NCBI GenBank assembly: GCA_963667465.2
Contig: CAXXDN010000002.1
Location: 416,001 to 480,000 of the forward strand
Direction: 5' to 3'
Length of the DNA stretch: 64,000 nt
Origin: Dehalococcoidia bacterium
Lineage (GTDB): Bacteria; Chloroflexota; Dehalococcoidia; UBA2979
The notes under the pieces were generated by a model that worked only from the letters and a program-made list of their open reading frames with translations, had not been told where the DNA came from and searched no databases. The position numbers were made by a program, and so were the translations under genes. Shown here in pieces: positions 57,945 to 64,000 of the stretch. The number at the start of each line of letters is the position of its first letter. Within the stretch, counting starts at the first letter, position 1.

Positions 57945-57990
57945 AGTATACCATCACTATCCCGGCATGAATCACGCTACGATCACACCC
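57945..57990 (-). promoter_or_regulatory. TA operon promoter with possible operator repeats
   Basis: Extended -10 TGGTATACT; three GTGAT direct repeats upstream. Confidence 0.5.
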
Positions 57991-58323
57991 AGCGGAGGGG
58001 CGGCCGGCGGGGCGGCCTCTCCCCCTCCGCGCTCCATGTGCGCGGCCCTTCCGGCGTTGAGCGGGAGCCGGGGTCGCAAGCGTCTCCACCCTGGATGCCG
58101 ATCATCGACGCGGGGCCGCCTCCCTTACCACATGTTCGATCCCCCGTGGTCGTCTGGTGGCGCGGGCTGTAGGCGAGGGCCCGCCTCGTTGAGCAGGCGA
58201 CCGGTACCGGCACGGGGTTTGTCAGGATACCGGGAAGATCCCCAATACCATGGCGGGTGCGCCGACAGGAGCATCGGTGGAGCGCCAGGCGGCCCGGCGA
58301 GGACGCGCATGCCTCGGCGGCGG

Positions 58324-61300
58324 CTAGTCGTCGTCGGTGATGGTGCCGGTGGCGTAGACGAAGTAGCCGGGGATGGTTATGCCGCTCGTGGCGTACACGT
58401 ACACGTTGAGCGTCTCGTCCCCCTCGACGGTGCTGTCATCGATGACCGGCACGACGATGTCGAGGCTGGTAGCGCCAGCAGCGAGGGTGAACGCCTTGTA
58501 CTCGAGGGTGAAGTCCTGGCCCGCTGACGCGGTCCTGCCGAACCCGCCGTAGCGGAAGGTGATGGCCTGCGAATGCGCATGCGAGAGCGTCACGACGAAG
58601 CGCAGGCCTTCCGCTGCCTCGCTGGCGGAAGCGTCGCTCACGCTCACCGTCGGCGGACCGGTCGGCGGCGTTGGCGGCGGTGGGTCGTCGTCGTCGGCCA
58701 CGGCGACCGTCGCAGTGGCGTTCGAGGTCGAGACGGTGTAGCCGGTGCCCGTGCTGACCGTGGCGGTCACCGAGCCGTCGGGCTCGTCGGTGCTGTCGTT
58801 GGTGGTGGCGACGGTGAAGGTGGCGCTGCCCGTCGTCGAGATGGTGACGGTGCGCGAGCCCTCCTGGGCGAAGTCGCCGCTCTGGGACACCTCGACCCTC
58901 ACATCGAGGTCGGCCGCGGGGGCTGGAGTGGCGGTGACGGTGAACGTCGCGGCGCTGCCCTCGGTGATGCCGCTTCCTGCGGCGATGCTGATCTCCGGCA
59001 CGTCGTCGTCAGCCACGGCCACCGTCGCGGCGCCGTCCGTGGACGAGACGGTGTAGCCCGTCCCCGTGTCGATCGTCGCGGTCACCGAGCCGTCGGGCTC
59101 GTCGGCGCTGTCGTTGGTGGTGGCGACGGTGAAGGTGGCGCTGCCCGTCGTCGAGATGGTGACCGTGCGCGAGCCCGCCTGAGCGTAGTCGCCGCTCTGG
59201 GACACCTCGATCGTCACGTCGAGGTCGGCCGCGGGGGCTGGGTTGGCGGTGATGGTGAACTTCGCGGCGCCGCCCTCGGTGACGCCGCTGCCTGCGGCGA
59301 TGCTGATCTCCGGCGTGGGGGGCGGCGTCTGGGCTGGTTGGGTCTGGGCTGGCTGCGCCGACGCTGTCTCGAGGCACTCCAGCGCCTCGATCACCGGGTC
59401 CCACTGGCCGGTCGACCAGCCGTTCTGGCTACGACGCTCGTAGATCTCCTCGACCTCCGAGAGCGCGATGGCGTCCTGCTGGCCGGTCAGCGCGTTCTTC
59501 ACCCGCGTCCAGCGTTCGACGCCGGCCGTGGAGCCGGACGCCGCGATCCGCGCATCGACGTCGGCCAGCAGGGCGTTGGAGACGCAGGCCTGCTCCGCCT
59601 CCTGTGGCGAGGCCTGCGCGCTGGCGCTCAGCGCGTCGCTGCCCGGCCCGACGGCCGCCGTCGCGGTGGCGGCGAGGGCGGCGAGCTGCTGCGTGTCGCC
59701 GTTGTCGTCGACGTGCTCCGGCGTCACCGTGACTGTCAGCGTCATGGCCACCGTGGCGTCGTGCTGGATGGTCGCCGAGGTACCCGTCACGCCGGGCAGG
59801 TCGCCGGCGCTCGCGCTCAGCGAGTCGCTGCTCTCGGCCGACCAGGACACGTCGTAGGACGTGGCGTGCGGGACTGCGTCCCATGTGACCGAGACGCTGG
59901 CGTCGTCCACCGCCGCCACTTGCAGGTTGGCGACCTGCTCAGTGGGCGCCGGAGCAGCCTGCGCCGGGGAGTTCTGCGGGGGAAGCGTGTTTTCGGTCAG
60001 GTAGGAGCAGTTTCTGCCGTAATTGAAATCCGAGTTGAAAATATGGACGCGAACCGTGTCCACCGTGACCTGCCGCAGGCCGCCACCGCTGGCGGTGTGC
60101 GTGATGTCGGCGCAGGTATTGGCGATGGTGCGCGAGGCGGGCTTACGGACCACCCAGACCTTGCGCCAGCATTCCCAGGGCGTGTCCGCCGTGTTGTCCC
60201 AGGTCTCGCTTCTCCTCCCGCCCGTCACTGGATAGAAGCGACCGTTGCTGTCGTGGTATTCGAACTCACTCCCTGCGTGCCAGTTGCTGCATCCCGTCCC
60301 TGCACCGGGACTCCCATCGTTGAACGTCACCGTCAGCGTGCCCGGCAGGTTGGTCGCCCAGGTCTGGTAGGCCGGTCCATCGAGGGGGTCGGACGGCCCG
60401 GTCAGCGATAGGCCGATCAGGTTCCGCTTGTCCGAAGCCACCGTCGCCGTCACCGTCACCGTGCCGCCCGGCTCCGGGCGGTTCGACAGGCGCAGAACGT
60501 AGGTCAACTCGTAGCCGGGGTACATGTTCCGAGCAGGCGTGAGTCCGTTCTGGGACATCACCGTGTTCGGCCGCCGCAGGAAGGGCACGGACGCGTTCGC
60601 CCGATCGTAGTCCCACCACGCCTCAAGCTCGGGTGCGTCGTCTACCTCTACCCGTACATTGCCCAGGGCCTGGTTCGAGTAGCCGCCGCCGTTGGCCGTG
60701 TGCGTCACCCTCATATCTGGCCGGTTGCGATGCGTATTGGCCTCGTCCGCGCCGGTCACGGTCACCTGCTGCGGGTTCATGTAATTCGCTGACGTGAATG
60801 TGAGCGTCGCCGGGCTGAAGTTCGCTGCGAATCTGTTCCCACCGTCCCTGCCAAGTGTGACGATGGTGTCCCCGCCCGATGGCGCGGTCGTCAGCCGCAC
60901 GCAATAGGTCGCGACGCCTTCGTTCTCGAGAATGCGACCAAGGTTGGTGGCACTGAAGACGGTGTTCTGCGCCGCGCACGCCGCCGGCGCGGCCTCGTCG
61001 TCGTCGATGGACAGCGAGACCACCGAGGATGCAGACACGACCTCGGCGCCGCCGCCCGTCACCACCGTGCCCGAACCCGTGCCGGTGACCAGTGAGAGCG
61101 TTGCGGTGAGCGTCTCGTCGACGGCGTCCCCGTCGTCGAGGTTCGCGATCGGGGTCAGCGTCACCGTCGCCGTCTGCACCGTGTTGGAGTCGGAGCCGGT
61201 GAACGTCAGCAGCGGCGTCGCGGACGTCTGATTGCTCAGCGCGACGCCGGTGCCCGTTGCGGTGATCGCGAAGTCCGGCGTCGCGTGACCGGGCAGCCGC

Positions 61301-62147
61301 GCGCCGGTGCTGGTGGCAAGCGTGATCCTCGCCACCAGCGACTCGCCGGCGATCAGGCCACGGCCCAGCGTCACCGTCAGCACCGCGGTGTTGGACGTGT
61401 CGCCCTCGCCCAGCTCCATGTCCGTCGCTGCGAGCGACACACCGGTCGCCTCATCGTCTGTGATCCGCACCTTCTCCGAGCCGGTGGTGCCCGACACCGT
61501 GTACGCGTCCGTGCTGCTGCAACCCGCCGTGCTGGAGACGACGGCCGTCACGGTGATGACGCTGTCGAGATCGTCCGCATTCGTGTCCGTCCAGGCCACA
61601 TCGATCGACCCCGACTGCACGCCCGCAAGGAAGCTCACCGTCTTGATGCCTTCGGCGGCCGCGGCGACCCGGTCGGCGTCGCCCGACTCAGCCACGTTGA
61701 CGCAGACGGTCAGATTCGCCGCCGGCTGCGCGTCCAGCGACAAGGGGAAGGAGACCGTTTCGTCCACCTCGGGCTTCTCGACCTCGCCGTCGGCATTGCG
61801 GTTCTCGCCCTCACCCACCATCAGCCGCACCGACACCTCGGGGGGCGTCTGCGCCTGTGCCTCCTCGGCGGGGTACGCCAGGAGCAGCGCCAGGCTGAGC
61901 AACGCCAGCAGCAGGCCGCAGGCCACGGCGCCGGATCGGCCGCCGGCGGAACCAGGCTCAGGTCGGGAGGCGGAGCGCCGGAGTCGAGCCGGCCTCAGTC
62001 GCTTCGGAGACTCAGCACGTATGTGCGGGGGGGGGGGGGTACGGCGAGCGTCGACGCCGTCGACACGCGACGGCTGGCAGCGGCGAGGGCGGCGCGGACC
62101 GCAGGCAGCCGGCGCAGCGCACTTCGCCCGTCGCTCAACCTGCGCAT
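58324..62147 (-). CDS. Large secreted Calx-beta/Ig/FN3-like surface protein; likely start ATG 62147 is out of frame at a C13 tract
   Basis: Signal peptide LLLALLSLALLLAYPAEEAQA-Q, Calx-beta-like repeats ending DDD, FN3-like VTWDAVPHATSYDVSW. Confidence 0.8.
58684..59313 (-). repeat. Two tandem 315-bp (105-aa) Calx-beta-like repeats
   Basis: PEISIAAGSG(V/I)TEG...VAVADDD twice, near identical. Confidence 0.92.
62027..62039. repeat. G13/C13 homopolymer tract
   Basis: 13 consecutive G on the + strand in the adhesin leader. Confidence 0.95.
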
Positions 62148-62469
62148 CGTGCGGTCCTCCAACCGGCCAGCACCCGGCGCCCGTGGCAGCCGGGGCCAGC
62201 GCCGGCTCGGTTGCCGCGCAGCCTAGGTCGCCCCGGACAGGAACGCAAGGCTGGGGTGGCTCGTGTCGATCGTCGCCGGGTGCCGCGCCTTGCGAGGGGC
62301 TGCCGCTGCGCGCAGCCGTCAGCGGCCGGAGGTGCCGGAGCGGTGACGGTGAACGTCGCGGCGCAGTCCTCGGTGACGCCCGCGCCGGCGACACCGTAGA
62401 GTCCACGCGGCTAGACTGACACGGGTCGTGGCGGGCCGATCTGTAGTGTCGGCGTGCGCCGCGACCGAT

Positions 62470-62627
62470 ACATCCTTCACGCCTCCACAGACCCCGACCT
62501 GCTAACCCGCTTGCGAGAGATGCTCGACAGCTCCGCCCGGGCGGACAACGCCGTCGGCTATTTCTTCATGCCCGGCTTCGGCGCGATCAGTACCGCGCTC
62601 TCCCGGCTCGACAAGGTCCGCATCCTT
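62470..62627 (+). repeat. Helicase/PLD gene-start repeat, copy 1
   Basis: ILHASTDPDLLTRLREMLDSSARADNAVGYFFMPGFGAIS..LSRLDKVRIL. Confidence 0.85.
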
Positions 62628-62786
62628 GATTATGGCGGTCACCCGCCACAGAAGCCCCTTCACCGTCATGGGCTAGATCCGTAACGTGGATGCCTTTGCA
62701 GATCATGCGGGGCAGAGCTTCTTGTGAGAGCAACATGCGGCTGTGCGCCTGCTCAGGTTGGCTCGCCTCGACCCAGGGGACGCCTG

Positions 62787-62898
62787 CACATCCACGCCTC
62801 GACCGCTGGGACCTGCTCCCGACTGCGGGGAGATGCTGGACAGCTCTGTGTCGACACCGACAGAGCCATCAGGTACTTCTTCATGCCCGGCTTCGGCG
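62787..62898 (+). repeat. Helicase/PLD gene-start repeat, copy 2 (degenerate)
   Basis: TCCACGCCTC..GACCTG..GAGATGCTGGACAGCTC..TACTTCTTCATGCCCGGCTTCGGCG with indels. Confidence 0.8.
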
Positions 62899-62944
62899 AC
62901 GACGCGGTACGATAGCGAGCGCGCATACCGCCGGAGGGCCAGCC

Positions 62945-63199
62945 ATGACTACAACCGTCAGAGCCACCTACGCCGACGGCGTGCTCACGCCTCTGGAACC
63001 CCTCGACATCGAGGAGGGCAGGGAGGTAACGCTCTCAATCGAGGACGCAGCGTCGCCGAAACGAGGGCTGGCCGGCATCGTCGAGACAGTCGAGGAGCTT
63101 CACAGGACCATCCCCCCGGAGGCGTGGGACGCCCTGCCAGCTGATGGCGCGAAGAACTACAAGCACTATCTGTACGGCCACCCGAAGGAAGACGCCTGA
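62945..63199 (+). CDS. Antitoxin, DUF104/AF2212-like
   Basis: TVRATYADGVLTPLEPLDIEEGREV, DGAKNYKHYLYGHPK; GGAGG RBS. Confidence 0.85.
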   Translation: MTTTVRATYADGVLTPLEPLDIEEGREVTLSIEDAASPKRGLAGIVETVEELHRTIPPEAWDALPADGAKNYKHYLYGHPKEDA

Positions 63200-63610
63200 T
63201 ACGAGTAGTGTTCGCCGATGCGGCGCACTGGATCGCATTGTGGAATCCTCGAGACGCCATGCACGAGCGGGCGGTGGCTGTTGCCGCACGGCTGGGGTCG
63301 GCCGCAGTCGTCACTACACAGGCCGTCTTGTTCGAGGCGCTGAACTTCATGGCCGGGATGGGAGAATTCCGCCGGCTGTTTTGCAGTGCGGATGGTGCGG
63401 GACATGGAAGACAATCCCGATGTCGAGATCGTCCCGCAGACGGACGCTCAGTTCAGAAGCGCCGTCGAGCGGTACGCCGCCCGTCCTGATCAGACGTGGG
63501 GGCTCGCCGACTGCGCGAGCTTCCTCCTCATGGAAGAGCGGAGCATCACCGAGGCACTCACGCATGACCGCGACTTCGAGCAGGCGGGCTTCACCGCCCT
63601 GCTCCGGTAG
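63196..63610 (+). pseudogene. vapC: PIN-domain (VapC-like) toxin with a +1 frameshift near 63380
   Basis: VFADAAHWIAL..RDAMH then, in the other frame, WGLADCASFLLM...ALTHDRDFEQAGF. Confidence 0.85.
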
Positions 63611-63654
63611 GATGGGCATGATCGGGCGCGTGACCAGCCTCGCGGCGTAATCCC

Positions 63655-63837
63655 GTGAACATCCTCCACGCCTCCACAGACCCCGACCTGTTGACCCGCC
63701 TGCGGGAGATGCTCGACAGCTCCGCCCGGGCCGACATCGCCGTAGGCTACTTCTTCATGCCCGGCTTCGGCGCGATCAGTGCCGAGCTCTCCGGGCTCGA
63801 CAAGGTCCGCATCCTCGTCGGCCGTGCCGATCGGCAG
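63655..63837 (+). pseudogene. Helicase/PLD gene-start repeat, copy 3 (truncated gene)
   Basis: MNILHASTDPDLLTRLREMLDSSARADIAVGYFFMPGF...KVRILVG, resembling the N-terminus of PLD-fold nuclease/SNF2 helicases. Confidence 0.75.
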
Positions 63838-63839
63838 GG

Positions 63840-64000
63840 CTCGGGCGCGTCCCGGTCCTCAAGGCGCGCATGAACGCCGACCTGCACATGGCCGACGACC
63901 TCAAGAACACCGGCAAGGGCAATCTCTTCGTCATCTTCGGCGAGCCGGACATCGACATCCTCGACGCCTCGGGCGACGCCGATGCCGAGCCCGGGCAGGT
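63840..64000 (+). pseudogene. C-terminal fragment of a type III RM adenine methyltransferase (runs off the window)
   Basis: LGRVPVLKARMNADLHMADDLKNTGKGNLFVIFGEPDIDIL, recognised from memory as a conserved Mod C-terminal segment. Confidence 0.7.

Larger units (their letters stand above)
53750..64000. mobile_element. Decayed genomic island / ICE remnant integrated at tRNA-Glu(CTC), extending past the window
   Basis: Recombinase at the tRNA 3' end, helicase, two TA modules, adhesin, RM fragments; distal att not seen. Confidence 0.75.

Noticed and set aside
58155-58163. TGGTGGCGC as the distal att of the tRNA-Glu island
   Set aside because: Only 9 bp and in inverted rather than direct orientation
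62454-63837. CRISPR or integron attC array
   Set aside because: The repeats are long protein-coding fragments without attC palindromes, and no integron integrase or cas gene is seen

Overview
Very GC-rich bacterial DNA. The gene content suggests a Chloroflexota (Dehalococcoidia/SAR202-like) genome, possibly host-associated; this taxonomy is inference only. 1-29 kb: dense catabolic paralog region (family III CoA-transferases, thiolase-like + DUF35 OB-fold pairs, LLM oxidoreductases, double hot-dog hydratase, amidohydrolase, cyclase, Zn-ADH, NfuA, MFS, acetyl-CoA synthetase, citrate synthase) with REP-like intergenic repeat clusters. 29-37 kb: patchwork of orphan genes and gene scraps plus an MMPL/RND transporter. 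42.4-53.7 kb: housekeeping core (tRNA-Gln, gltX, RluA-family, lspA, malic enzyme, tRNA-Glu x2, ACT-ACT-GlnE chimera, nnrE). This core is bracketed by two decayed islands, each anchored by an N-terminally truncated large serine recombinase that reads into the 3' end of a tRNA. The left island carries a tandemly duplicated secreted B-repeat protein. The right island carries a truncated SNF2-like helicase, a RES toxin-antitoxin pair, a large Calx-beta-type surface protein that appears switched OFF by a poly-C tract, and three copies of a helicase/PLD gene-start repeat interleaved with a PIN TA module and a type III methylase fragment. All product calls come from motif recognition, not database searches.
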